A DNA stretch of 64,000 nucleotides, taken from contig JBBRLQ010000007.1 in the NCBI GenBank assembly GCA_038231275.1, positions 128,001 through 192,000 of the forward strand, written 5' to 3'. The first letter of the stretch is position 1. Every line of letters begins with the position of its first letter. Source of the DNA: Polyangiales bacterium. Its GTDB lineage: Bacteria > Myxococcota_A > Polyangia > Polyangiales > Polyangiaceae. Below the pieces are notes generated by a model. It was not told the origin of the DNA and did not search any database. It saw only the letters and a list, made by a program, of their open reading frames with translations. Positions 31,387 through 40,749 of this stretch are shown here, piece by piece. The translations under genes were made by a program, and so were the position numbers.

Positions 31387-32616
31387 ATGCTCTACAAGAT
31401 TCACGAGCTACAACGCTCGTTTCTGACCCCGATGGCGGCCTTCGCCGAGCTGAGCGCGCGCGCGTTCGCGGAGGGGCCGCTGGCGGTGCTCCCTTTCGCG
31501 GAGCGCGCGGCCGCCGGGTACGAGCTGCTGTACCGCCTCGGCAAGGAGTACGAGAAGCCTGCGTTCGGTCTCGAGGAGACGACGCTGGACGGACCCTCGG
31601 GCGCGACGGTCGCCGTGCGGGAGCGCGTGGTCGTGGAGAAGCCGTTCTGCCGCCTGCTCCACTTCGAGCGGGACGTCCCCAAGGGCCGGGCAAAAGACCC
31701 CAAGGTGCTCGTGGTCGCGCCGCTCTCGGGCCACCACGCGACGCTCCTCCGCGACACGGTTCGCCAGCTGCTCCATTCACACGACGTCTACGTCACCGAC
31801 TGGATCGACGCGCGCATGGTGCCGCTCTCCAAGGGGCCGTTCCACCTCGACGACTACGTCTCCTACGTGGAGGAGTTCTTGCGACGGCTCGGGCCGGATC
31901 TGCACGTTTTGTCGGTGTGCCAGCCCACGGTGCCGGTCCTCGCGGCGATCGCGCTCATGGCGACGGAGAGCGATCCGAAGCTCCCGCGCACGATGACGAT
32001 GATGGGCGGCCCCATCGACACGCGCCGCAGCCCCACCGAAGTGAACGCGCTCGCGCTGCGCAGGTCGTACGAGTGGTTCGAGACGACGGTCATCTGCGAC
32101 GTGCCCGAGAAGTACCCGGGGTACATGCGCCGGGTCTATCCGGGCTTCCTCCAGCTCGGCGGCTTCGTAGCGATGAACCCGTCGAAGCATCTGCAGTCGC
32201 ACTGGGACTTCTACAAGGACCTCGTGAAGGGCGACGACGAGGACGCCGAGGCGCACCGTCGCTTCTACGACGAGTACAACGCGGTGCTCGACATGCCGGC
32301 GGAGTACTACCTCGACACGATCAAGACCGTGTTCCAGGATCACGCGCTCGCGAAGGGGACGTGGCACGTGAGGGGCGTACGCGTCGCGCCGGAGGACATT
32401 CGGGACGTCGCGCTCTTCACGATCGAGGGCGAGCTGGACGACATCTCTGGCAGCGGGCAGACCGAGGCGGCGCATGGGCTGTGCACCGGGATTGCTGCGT
32501 CGCACAAAGAGCACTTCACGGCGCCGCAGTGCGGTCACTACGGCATCTTCAGCGGGCGACGGTGGCGCGAGGTCATCTATCCGCGCCTCCACGATTTCAT
32601 CCGCGCGCACGCGTGA
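31387..32616 (+). CDS. phaZ: Intracellular PHB depolymerase (Cys-type)
   Basis: Motifs VAPLSGHHATLLRDTV, DVYVTDW, SVCQPTVP, MGGPID, YPGFLQL, EGELDDISG and GHYGIFSG. Confidence 0.96.
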   Translation: MLYKIHELQRSFLTPMAAFAELSARAFAEGPLAVLPFAERAAAGYELLYRLGKEYEKPAFGLEETTLDGPSGATVAVRERVVVEKPFCRLLHFERDVPKGRAKDPKVLVVAPLSGHHATLLRDTVRQLLHSHDVYVTDWIDARMVPLSKGPFHLDDYVSYVEEFLRRLGPDLHVLSVCQPTVPVLAAIALMATESDPKLPRTMTMMGGPIDTRRSPTEVNALALRRSYEWFETTVICDVPEKYPGYMRRVYPGFLQLGGFVAMNPSKHLQSHWDFYKDLVKGDDEDAEAHRRFYDEYNAVLDMPAEYYLDTIKTVFQDHALAKGTWHVRGVRVAPEDIRDVALFTIEGELDDISGSGQTEAAHGLCTGIAASHKEHFTAPQCGHYGIFSGRRWREVIYPRLHDFIRAHA

Positions 32617-32642
32617 GCGGGCGCCGCGAGTAGGAGCGGGAC

Positions 32643-33419
32643 ATGCGGCAGCAGGGAGAGTTCCTGAAGGGGAAGCGCGCGCTCGTGACGGGCGCGGCGT
32701 CGGGGATCGGCCTCGCAGTGTCGCGGGAGCTCGAGTCGGCGGGCGCCGATGTCGTCATGAGCGACGTCCAGGAGGGGCTCTTGCGCGACGCCGCGGCCGG
32801 AGTTCCGCGCGCGACGGCGATCGCCGCGGATCTCTCCTCGCGCGACGCGCTGCACGATCTCGCGCGCGCGGCAGGGGAGATCGACATCCTCGTGAACAAC
32901 GCGGGCCTCCAGCACGTGCGCCCGGTGGAAGAGTTCGACGAGGCGAAGTGGGATCTGCTCCTCGCGACGATGCTGACCGCGCCGTTCCTGCTCATTCGTA
33001 AGCTCCTCCCCGCGATGTACGCGAAGGGCTGGGGGCGCGTCGTGAACGTGGGGTCGGTGCACAGCCTCGTCGCGTCGGCGTACAAGACGGCGTACGTGTC
33101 GGCGAAGCACGGCCTCATGGGCCTCACCAAGACCGTCGCGCTCGAGACCGCGGCGCGCGCACCGGGGATCACCGTCAACACGGTCTGCCCGTCGTACGTG
33201 CGCACGCCGCTCGTCGAGAAGCAGATCGCCGATCAGGCGCGCGTGCATGGCATGTCGGAGTCGGACGTTGTCGAGCGCGTGCTGCTGACCCAGAACGCGA
33301 ACAAGCGCCTCATCGAGCCGGAAGAGGTCGGCCAGTGCGTCGTCTTCCTGTGCTCGGGTGCGGCCGCGTCGATCACGGGCTCGGCGTTCACGATGGACGC
33401 CGGCTGGCTCGCGCATTGA
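32643..33419 (+). CDS. bdhA: 3-hydroxybutyrate dehydrogenase
   Basis: Motifs TGAASGIG, NNAGLQHV, SVHSLVASAYKTAYVSAKHGL and CPSYVRTPLVEKQI. Confidence 0.92.
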   Translation: MRQQGEFLKGKRALVTGAASGIGLAVSRELESAGADVVMSDVQEGLLRDAAAGVPRATAIAADLSSRDALHDLARAAGEIDILVNNAGLQHVRPVEEFDEAKWDLLLATMLTAPFLLIRKLLPAMYAKGWGRVVNVGSVHSLVASAYKTAYVSAKHGLMGLTKTVALETAARAPGITVNTVCPSYVRTPLVEKQIADQARVHGMSESDVVERVLLTQNANKRLIEPEEVGQCVVFLCSGAAASITGSAFTMDAGWLAH

Positions 33420-33451
33420 GCGGGCGAGAGCCCGCTCAATGCATCGTTTTT
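33413..33451 (+). terminator. Rho-independent terminator ending the PHA locus
   Basis: 13-bp stem GCATTGAGCGGGC-GAGA-GCCCGCTCAATGC followed by ATCGTTTTT. Confidence 0.8.
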
Positions 33452-33552
33452 GTGGGCCTGCGGCCCCTCCCCGCCGAGGAACGGCGCGGAGGCCTCCCCG
33501 CATCGCCCTGCGGGCGAAGTCGTGCTGCGCGCGACGGCGACCTGGAGCCTGA

Positions 33553-34233
33553 CTAGCGGCCGGGGGGCTTGAGCGGGAGCTGGCTGGTGGAGGGCGGAGG
33601 GGGCGGGATTTTCCCGCTCTTGCCGTCTTCCGTCATCATCTCGAGGGCGAGGAGCGCGTTGAGGACGCGGTCCATGCCGTGCTCGAGCGCTGCTTCCTTC
33701 TGGAAGATCGACGCGACGCGGACGAGCCGGAGCGACGTTGTCTTGCCGAGATCGATCTCGCGCTCGAGGAACGCCTCGAAGGTGCCGTAGCCCTTCGCCT
33801 CGTAGAGGCGGCGGAGCTGGACGTCCTTGAGGACGATCCCGATGTCGAAGAAGCCCTTGTTCAGGTTCTTCCGGAAGCCTTTGATCTGGACGAGCGCGTT
33901 GTGAAGGTCGGCGATCTTCGCCTTGATGTCCTCGGCCCCGGTGGGGACGCGGATCGTGGCGCGCGCGCTGCCCGGAAGCGGCGGCTCGGCCGCACGGGCA
34001 CGCGCCTCGGCGGCGTGCTTCGCGGCGTGACGGGCGGCCCACGGCGCGGCGCCGCGGAGACCGAGCTTTCGCTTGCCGTCCACACCTTTGGCAGCGCCAG
34101 CCGGTGCTGCGGCGGCCGCGGGTTTCCCCGACGACGGCTTCGGGCCCTTGCCCACTTTGCCGGCCGCCGCCGACGAACCCTTCGCGCCAATCGGCGCTTG
34201 CTTCTTCGTGCTCCCCATCAATTGCGCCTGCAT
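33553..34233 (-). CDS. Hypothetical basic protein with DUF3102-like helical domain
   Basis: Lys/Ala/Gly-rich N-terminus and FFDIGIVLKDV...LYEAKGYGTFEAFLEREIDLGKTT. Start is 34233 or 34218. Confidence 0.6.
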   Translation of the reverse strand: MQAQLMGSTKKQAPIGAKGSSAAAGKVGKGPKPSSGKPAAAAAPAGAAKGVDGKRKLGLRGAAPWAARHAAKHAAEARARAAEPPLPGSARATIRVPTGAEDIKAKIADLHNALVQIKGFRKNLNKGFFDIGIVLKDVQLRRLYEAKGYGTFEAFLEREIDLGKTTSLRLVRVASIFQKEAALEHGMDRVLNALLALEMMTEDGKSGKIPPPPPSTSQLPLKPPGR

Positions 34234-34375
34234 ATCCTCGAAAGTCTTGAGGACCCCAGTACCACTTGTCGACGCCTTAGGTAAAGAATCATTCAGTCCG
34301 CGCGAGCGCGGATTGCCCATCCACGAGCATCCAAGGCAGGATGCGACCGCGGCGTGTGCGCCGTGACGAGGTCTC

Positions 34376-35350
34376 TTGGCCACCTTCACAGCGCTCGAAC
34401 CGTCCGACGTGACCTCGCTCTTGCAGGCGTACAACTTGCTGGAATTAGGCGCGTTTCACGGAATTCCCGCGGGGAGCGTGAACTCGAACTTCGAGATTTT
34501 CGCCGGCGACGCCAAGATTTTTCTGCGCGTGTACGAGGAGCAAGATCGGGCCGGCGCAGAATCGGAGACGCGTCTCCTCGCGTCGCTCGCCGCGCGAGGG
34601 GTGAGGACGCCGCCGCCGATCGCGCGGAAGGACGGCGGGCTCGTCTCCGAGGTGCGCGGCAAGCCGGCGGCGCTCTTTCCGTGGCAGCCGGGGGGCATGC
34701 GTTGCCAAAAGGGGGTGACGCCGGAGGACGCGGCGCGTGTCGGCGAGGCGCTGGCCCGTGTCCACGTCGCGGGGGAAGGGTTGCCGCGCGGGGAGGGGCG
34801 GTTTCGGCCTTCCGACCTGCGCGCGCGGCTCGGTCGCATCGCGGCATCTCCCGACGCGAAGCTCGCCGAGCACGCAGAGCCGCTCGGCAAGTCCCTCGAT
34901 CGGTGGGAGCGCGCGCGAACCGATCTGCCGCGTGGCCTCATCCACGGCGATCTCTTCCGCGACAACGTCCTCTGGAGCGGAGGCGGCGAGATCTCGGCGC
35001 TCCTCGACTTCGAGAGCGCGTCCGACGGAGTCCATGCCTACGATCTGATGGTCACGATCCTCGCGTGGTGCGTCGGCGACGATCTCGAGCTCGAGCTCGC
35101 GCAGGCAATGGCGCGTGGCTACTCGGGCGTGCGTCCGCTCTCGCCGGAGGAGAAGCGCGGCCTCCTGACCGAAGGATGCCTCGCCGCGGTGAGGTTCACC
35201 ATCACACGCCTCACCGACTATGCGATGCGCGTCGGCGAGGGCCCGCGCGTGATGAAGGACTACCGGCGCTTCGCGATGCGCCTCACGCGCCTCGAGCGCA
35301 TCGCCGACACGATCGGGGGAGAGGGCTTTGCGTCCGCGCTGGATCTCTGA
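34376..35350 (+). CDS. thrB: Homoserine kinase type II (APH family)
   Basis: MATFT, GIPAGSVNSNF, GKPAALF, IHGDLFRDNVL and LDF; TTG start. Confidence 0.88.
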   Translation: MATFTALEPSDVTSLLQAYNLLELGAFHGIPAGSVNSNFEIFAGDAKIFLRVYEEQDRAGAESETRLLASLAARGVRTPPPIARKDGGLVSEVRGKPAALFPWQPGGMRCQKGVTPEDAARVGEALARVHVAGEGLPRGEGRFRPSDLRARLGRIAASPDAKLAEHAEPLGKSLDRWERARTDLPRGLIHGDLFRDNVLWSGGGEISALLDFESASDGVHAYDLMVTILAWCVGDDLELELAQAMARGYSGVRPLSPEEKRGLLTEGCLAAVRFTITRLTDYAMRVGEGPRVMKDYRRFAMRLTRLERIADTIGGEGFASALDL

Positions 35351-35900
35351 GATCTGCGTGGCGGCGTGTCTAGTCCTCGCGCCGACGACGGCGAGCGGGT
35401 CGGAGACGAAGGCCACGGAGCCTGCCATCGCGCCGACCGTCGCGTGGATCGCGACGCAGTTCATCCCGAGCCCCGAGGTCGCCGCCGGCGCCGGGCACAC
35501 GCACGCGGGGCTGCGCTGGCAGGTGACGCCGCTCCTCTACTCGTGGGGCATCAACCGCAAGCTGTCGCCTTGGCGCGTCCTCGTCGCCGAGCCGCTGTCG
35601 CGCCAGAGCGGATCGATCGAGGCGTTCCTCTCCCCCGAGTTCATCGACGTCGACGGCGACGCGACCGACAAATGGCTGCTCCGCCCCGGCCTCCGCGCGT
35701 ACTTCCCGATCCTCCAGCACGGCGAGTACCTGAGCATGTCGGTCGGCTCGAGCTACCAAAACGTTCAGGGCCGCGGCAGCGCGGCGTTCGAAGGGGGCCT
35801 CTACGTGCTCTACGGGCTCTTCGGCGTTCAAGTCACCTACGCCCCCTTGCCGCATCAGCCCGCAGGGACCATCGTGACCTTGAGGTTTCGGTATTTTTGA
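35328..35900 (+). CDS. Small secreted protein, possible outer-membrane beta-barrel
   Basis: Signal-like N-terminus, amphipathic beta strands and C-terminal TLRFRYF. Start uncertain. Confidence 0.6.
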   Translation: MRPRWISEICVAACLVLAPTTASGSETKATEPAIAPTVAWIATQFIPSPEVAAGAGHTHAGLRWQVTPLLYSWGINRKLSPWRVLVAEPLSRQSGSIEAFLSPEFIDVDGDATDKWLLRPGLRAYFPILQHGEYLSMSVGSSYQNVQGRGSAAFEGGLYVLYGLFGVQVTYAPLPHQPAGTIVTLRFRYF

Positions 35901-36907
35901 TGCGCGCACCGTCCACACTCCGTCGGCCTCGCCTCGCGATCGCGGCGCTCACCTTCCTGGCGACGACGTCCTGCGTGACGGCGAGCAAGATGGCGGGCAG
36001 GAACATGGTCGCGCTCGTCTCGGCGCCGCGTGAAGTGCAGACGCGCATCACCCACCCGCAGCGGCCGGACGCCCGCCTCGCCGTGCTCTGGATCGGCCAC
36101 GCGACGACGCTCGTACAGATGGACGACAAATTCATCATGACCGATCCCGTCTTCACCGGCAGCGTGGGGCAGCTGTCGAAGCGCCTCGTCGAGCCGGGGA
36201 TCGACCCGAATTTCCTGCCGATCGTCGACGTTACGGTGATCTCGCACATGCACTTCGATCATCTGTCGCTCGGCTCGCTCGATCTCGTCGAGCCGAAGCT
36301 GCGCCAGGTCCTGGTCCCCAAGGGGGGCCTCATCTACGTGCCGAACTACCGCTTCGAGACCGACGAGGTCGCGATGTGGCGCTCGTGGCAGAGCGGCGAT
36401 CTCAAGGTGACGGCAGTGCCGGTGGAGCACGTCGGGTTCCGCTACGGCATCGACGCGACGTGGATGACGACGACCTTCACCGGCTGGGTGTTCGAGTACC
36501 ACGGCATGACCGTCTACTTCGGAGGTGACACCGCGTACGTCGCCGAGAACTTCAAGAAGACGGCGGCGCGCTTCCCGCACATCGACGTCGCGCTCCTCCC
36601 GATCGCGCCCATCAACCCGCGCGGCTTCATGAAGCGCACGCATGTAGATCCCAAGGAGGCGGTGCAGGCGTTCCTCGATCTGGGCGCGAAGGTCATGATC
36701 CCGATCCACTTCGACACGTTCGTGAACAGCGAGGACGAGCCGGGCGAGGCGCGGCACGTGCTCGAGGGCGTGATGAAGGAGCGAGGGCTCGGCGCCGATC
36801 GGGTGCAAATCCTCGCGATCGGGGAGCAGCGCGTCCTGATCCCGGTCGCGCCGATCGCGCCGGTGGCTCCCCCGGCGGCGGAGGCGCTCGTCAGAAGCGG
36901 ACCGTGA
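35900..36907 (+). CDS. MBL-fold hydrolase, NAPE-PLD/RomA-like, probable lipoprotein
   Basis: Motifs WIGHAT, TDPVF, ISHMHFDHL, YFGGDT, LLPI and IPIHFDTF. TGATG coupling to the upstream gene. Confidence 0.88.
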   Translation: MRAPSTLRRPRLAIAALTFLATTSCVTASKMAGRNMVALVSAPREVQTRITHPQRPDARLAVLWIGHATTLVQMDDKFIMTDPVFTGSVGQLSKRLVEPGIDPNFLPIVDVTVISHMHFDHLSLGSLDLVEPKLRQVLVPKGGLIYVPNYRFETDEVAMWRSWQSGDLKVTAVPVEHVGFRYGIDATWMTTTFTGWVFEYHGMTVYFGGDTAYVAENFKKTAARFPHIDVALLPIAPINPRGFMKRTHVDPKEAVQAFLDLGAKVMIPIHFDTFVNSEDEPGEARHVLEGVMKERGLGADRVQILAIGEQRVLIPVAPIAPVAPPAAEALVRSGP

Positions 36908-37838
36908 TCGCGCCCCCGGCGGGGCCGACCGTGGCGGTGGCCGACGAGGCGCCGTTCTTGGGCGCCGTGACGACGAGGACCACGCCAGTCGCCGCGAGCA
37001 CGCCTGCGGCGACCCAGGCGATGTTGGTCACCGTCCGCAGCGAGTCGGCGCGATCGTGCGCACTCTGGTCGCGGTGGCCCGAGTCGTTGAAGTCGTTCTT
37101 CGCCGAGATCGCCGCCAGGCCGAAGGTGACGCCGAGCCCGGACGCGATGACCGCTCCGCCCAGCGCGACGAAGCCGGTGATTTTTCGCGCGCTCGTCCCG
37201 GAAGATGGCGGGGGGGGCTCGCGCTTCTCGACCGGCGGTGGCGCGGGCGAGGGGAGGGGTACCCCTGCAATGTCGCTCCGCGGCGTCTCCAACGCGAAGG
37301 GCGTCACGCCGCCGGCCGCGACGTTCACGCGCGGCCTCGAGGACGCTCCTCCGTCGAATCGCGCGGCGATCTCGTGGCTCCCGGCGGTCACGTGGATCTT
37401 CGCAGGGAGCGTCGCTCCTTCGCGGTGCGCCACGGTCACCGTCGCGCCGGCCGGTCCGGTGATCTCGAGGCGTCCGAGCATCTTCTCGAGGTTGCCGAGC
37501 CGCGTCTGGGCGTCTTTCTTCTGCTGCGCGCCGAGATCGCCGAGGTCGAGCGCGGCGGCGTACGCGTCGGCCGCGCGCGGTCCCTCGCCGGCGGCTTCCC
37601 ACGCGAGCCCCGCGTTGTAGATCGCGGCGCCGCGCGGCGACTCCTTGAACGCGCGCTCGAACGCCGCCGCCGCGCCGCGGTAGTCGCTCTTCTGGTACGC
37701 GCTCGCCCCGGCTTTGAACGCCTCGGCCGCCGCGGCGTCGCTCGCGAACGCGTTCGAGCTGAGCGCCGAGAGGAGCATCGCCGACGCGATCGCGAAGGAG
37801 CGCGCGCGAATCGGGATCGTGGAGCGGACGGATCGCAT
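36891..37838 (-). CDS. TPR/PEGA-type exported protein with C-terminal hydrophobic hairpin
   Basis: Signal AFA, TPR (AIYNAGLAWE), PEGA-like GRLEITGPAGATV and C-terminal GAITVRF. Confidence 0.8.
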   Translation of the reverse strand: MRSVRSTIPIRARSFAIASAMLLSALSSNAFASDAAAAEAFKAGASAYQKSDYRGAAAAFERAFKESPRGAAIYNAGLAWEAAGEGPRAADAYAAALDLGDLGAQQKKDAQTRLGNLEKMLGRLEITGPAGATVTVAHREGATLPAKIHVTAGSHEIAARFDGGASSRPRVNVAAGGVTPFALETPRSDIAGVPLPSPAPPPVEKREPPPPSSGTSARKITGFVALGGAVIASGLGVTFGLAAISAKNDFNDSGHRDQSAHDRADSLRTVTNIAWVAAGVLAATGVVLVVTAPKNGASSATATVGPAGGAITVRF

Positions 37839-39646
37839 CAGCGGGCGTAGGGATCGGGAGCGAGGGGCGCCGGCTTCGGGGCAAGAGGCACGAGCGGCGC
37901 GACCGCAGTCGGCGGGGTCGGCGCCGCGGGGCGCGCAGTCGGCGGAAAGTCCATCTTGAGCGTGACGGCGCCGGGCGCGAAGGCGGTCCGCGCCTCACGG
38001 CCGTCCGTGGCGATCGCGTCGATGCGGCCGCCTTTCTCGCGCTCGGCAGGGTCGAGCGCGACGTCCACATCGCGCGAAGGCCGGGCGATCGCGATGACAC
38101 GGCCGTTCACGCGGAGCGAAGCGACCGGCGCGCTGGCGTGGAGGGCGAGGGGAGAGGCGCCCGTGGCGGTGGGCGGCGGCGCGGCAGCAGGCGCGTCGGT
38201 GCGCGATTCGTCCTCGGGCTCGCTCGGCACGACGGGCACGACCGCCGAAGGCGCGCTGGCCGCGGTCCGCGTCGGGCGCGCTGCGCCGCGCGACACCATG
38301 ACGATCCCGACGCCCGCGAGGACGACGACGAGCGCCGCGCCCGCCGAGATCGCCGCGACGATGCCAGGGTGCGCCCCGCGGCGAGGAGGCTCGGCGCCTG
38401 GAGTCGACGTCGACACGGACGTCGTGTCGGTTCGCGTCGGCGGCTCGTACGAGGGCGGCGGCACCCATGCCTCCACGGCCGGCGCGCTCGGCGCGCTCGT
38501 GACGGTCGGCGCTTCCATCTCGGGGATCGGAACGGGAGTCCTTGTCGACGCCGGCGGCGCCGTCCTCCCGACGCCGAGCATCTCTGCGCTGGGCGTGCCC
38601 ACGGACGTCTCCGTCGCCTCGGTGATCTGTCCGACCCGCGTGCGAAGACGGGCGATCTCCGTCGTCGCGCGCCGCCGCTCGGCGATCTTCGGCCCGACGA
38701 GCTCCTGCATGAACTCGGCGATCTCTTCGTACTCGGCGAGCTCACCGGTTGCGCGGCACGCCGCCGTCAGCTCTTTCGCGAACGCGCTTGCCGTCGGCGT
38801 ACGGAGCGCGGGGTCCATCATGAGCGCGCGCACGACGGCCTCCTCGACCCCCGGCGACACGTGCGGCGCGACGCTGCGGAGGCGCGGCGGGACCTCGGAG
38901 ACGACCTTCAGCAGGGTGGAGACGTCGTCCCCTTGCGGGTAGAGGCGGATGCCGCTGAAGAACTCCCACGCGACGATCCCGGCGGCCCACACGTCGCATC
39001 GACGATCGATGGCGCCGGCCTTTGCCTGCTCGGGCGCCATGTACGCGATCTTCCCCTTCACGAGCCCGCTGCGCGTCTGGCTGAGCCGGCTCGACGCGCG
39101 CGCGATCCCGAAGTCGGTGAGCTTGACCACGCCGTCGAGCCCCACAAGGAGGTTCTGCGGCGAAAAATCACGATGCACGACGCCGAGGTCCTCGCCATCC
39201 CCGCCCTTCAGCTCGTGCGCCGCGTGGAGGCCGGCGAGCGCGTCGACGAGGATGCGGGCGGTGATGCCGGTCGGGATCTCGACACCCGCGGCGGTCGCGC
39301 GCCGGCGAATTCCGGCGAGCGTGTCCCCCTCGACGTAATCCATGACGAGGAACGCACCGTTCGGATCGTCGCCGACGTCCAGGATCGAGATGACGTTCCG
39401 ATGGCGGATGCGCGCGGCGAGCTTCGCCTCCTCGAGGAGATCGATCACGAACTCGCTCGTCTCGCGCAGATGGGCGTGCGTGAGCTTGAGGGCGACGTCC
39501 TGCTCGAACCCGCCGAGCCCTCGCGTCCGCGCGAGGTACACCGTCGCCATCCCCCCGCTCGCGATGGGCAGGAGGATCTCGTACTTTCCGACCCGCTCTG
39601 GTCCTCGAGCGGTGCCGGCGTGCGAGCTCGGCACGTTGGCGCTCAT
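37838..39646 (-). CDS. Transmembrane Ser/Thr protein kinase
   Basis: Motifs ASGGMATV, HRDFSPQN, DFG and APE, then a Pro-rich linker, transmembrane segment and PEGA-like periplasmic part. Start is 39646 or 39670. Confidence 0.93.
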   Translation of the reverse strand: MSANVPSSHAGTARGPERVGKYEILLPIASGGMATVYLARTRGLGGFEQDVALKLTHAHLRETSEFVIDLLEEAKLAARIRHRNVISILDVGDDPNGAFLVMDYVEGDTLAGIRRRATAAGVEIPTGITARILVDALAGLHAAHELKGGDGEDLGVVHRDFSPQNLLVGLDGVVKLTDFGIARASSRLSQTRSGLVKGKIAYMAPEQAKAGAIDRRCDVWAAGIVAWEFFSGIRLYPQGDDVSTLLKVVSEVPPRLRSVAPHVSPGVEEAVVRALMMDPALRTPTASAFAKELTAACRATGELAEYEEIAEFMQELVGPKIAERRRATTEIARLRTRVGQITEATETSVGTPSAEMLGVGRTAPPASTRTPVPIPEMEAPTVTSAPSAPAVEAWVPPPSYEPPTRTDTTSVSTSTPGAEPPRRGAHPGIVAAISAGAALVVVLAGVGIVMVSRGAARPTRTAASAPSAVVPVVPSEPEDESRTDAPAAAPPPTATGASPLALHASAPVASLRVNGRVIAIARPSRDVDVALDPAEREKGGRIDAIATDGREARTAFAPGAVTLKMDFPPTARPAAPTPPTAVAPLVPLAPKPAPLAPDPYAR

Positions 39647-39712
39647 CCAGCTGGGAAGGCTAGCATCCACCGCCCCGTGGAGGGGAGTTCGCAGTGTGGC
39701 CGCCGATGTGGA

Positions 39713-40666
39713 CTACGGCCCGACGTTGTAGTTTTGCTGGACCTCTTTCAGTGCCAGCGGACGCTGGTAGACCGCCGCGAGGTGCATCGTCCCCACGAAG
39801 GGGCGCGTTCCGTTCGCCGAGTTCGCGAGGTTCATCGTCCCGTTCTGATCCCACGTGGTCGCGAAGGAGCCGGCGATCGAGCCGTTCGCGGTCGGGTTGC
39901 CGTTCACGTAGGTCACCCACGCGCCGGCCGCGTCGCGCGTGAAGACGAAGTGCGTCCTGGTGAGCGTGACCGCCGAGGCGCTGTCGAAGGTCGTCGTGCC
40001 GGCGCCCATGCCCCTCAGGGAGCCGCCCCAGTTCACGGAGAGCTGCGCGATGTCGAAGTTGGTGCCCGAGATCGCGGCGGTCCCGCAGGAGACGAGGCGC
40101 GCGGAGGTCGCCGTGATGGCCATCGTCGAGGACGTCGCCCAGGCCTCGACGGTGAGCGCGTTCGAAACGGTGATCGCGTTGATGACCTTGAGCGCCTGCA
40201 CCCCGCTAAGGATGTTGGTCGCCGTCCCGATGTGCAGTCCCGACGCAATCCACGTGGTATTTGCAGGCTCCTCGATGGTCATGTCGAGCGGCGCGCCGAA
40301 GCCCGAGACGTCGTGCACCGTCGCGCCGGCGCCCTCCTTGAAGGTGTAGAGGGCGACGAGGCCTGCCGTGACACGCGTGGGCCCCGCGTCCACCCCGGTG
40401 TCGATCGGTGGCGCCGTGTCCCTGCCGTCACCTGGCGCGGCGTCCGTCGTCGACGTGTCCGCGCCCGAGTCCGCGCCGACCGCGCCATCGCTTCCCGTCG
40501 TGGAGTCGAGCGTCGCGCCGTCGTCCGGCACGGTGCCGTCGGGCGTGCCTCCGCCGTCCACTTGGGGGGCGCCGGTCTCGACCTCGCCGAGCTCGAAGGA
40601 GCACGCGGCCGTCGCGCTCGCGAAGAGCGCGACCACCACGCCGAGGCGCCACGCGCGTTGGCTCAT
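39713..40666 (-). CDS. LamG-like jellyroll lipoprotein
   Basis: Lipobox TAA-C, Asp/Gly linker, LVALYTF-EG, TVEAW, HFVFT, YVNG and VYQRPL. Confidence 0.82.
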   Translation of the reverse strand: MSQRAWRLGVVVALFASATAACSFELGEVETGAPQVDGGGTPDGTVPDDGATLDSTTGSDGAVGADSGADTSTTDAAPGDGRDTAPPIDTGVDAGPTRVTAGLVALYTFKEGAGATVHDVSGFGAPLDMTIEEPANTTWIASGLHIGTATNILSGVQALKVINAITVSNALTVEAWATSSTMAITATSARLVSCGTAAISGTNFDIAQLSVNWGGSLRGMGAGTTTFDSASAVTLTRTHFVFTRDAAGAWVTYVNGNPTANGSIAGSFATTWDQNGTMNLANSANGTRPFVGTMHLAAVYQRPLALKEVQQNYNVGP

Positions 40667-40749
40667 CGAACCAAGAATGTCACGTTCGCGCCGCTCGGGC
40701 TAAGTCTCGTTGCCCGATCTACGGCCCGTCCCACAAGGTGCGTGGGCCG

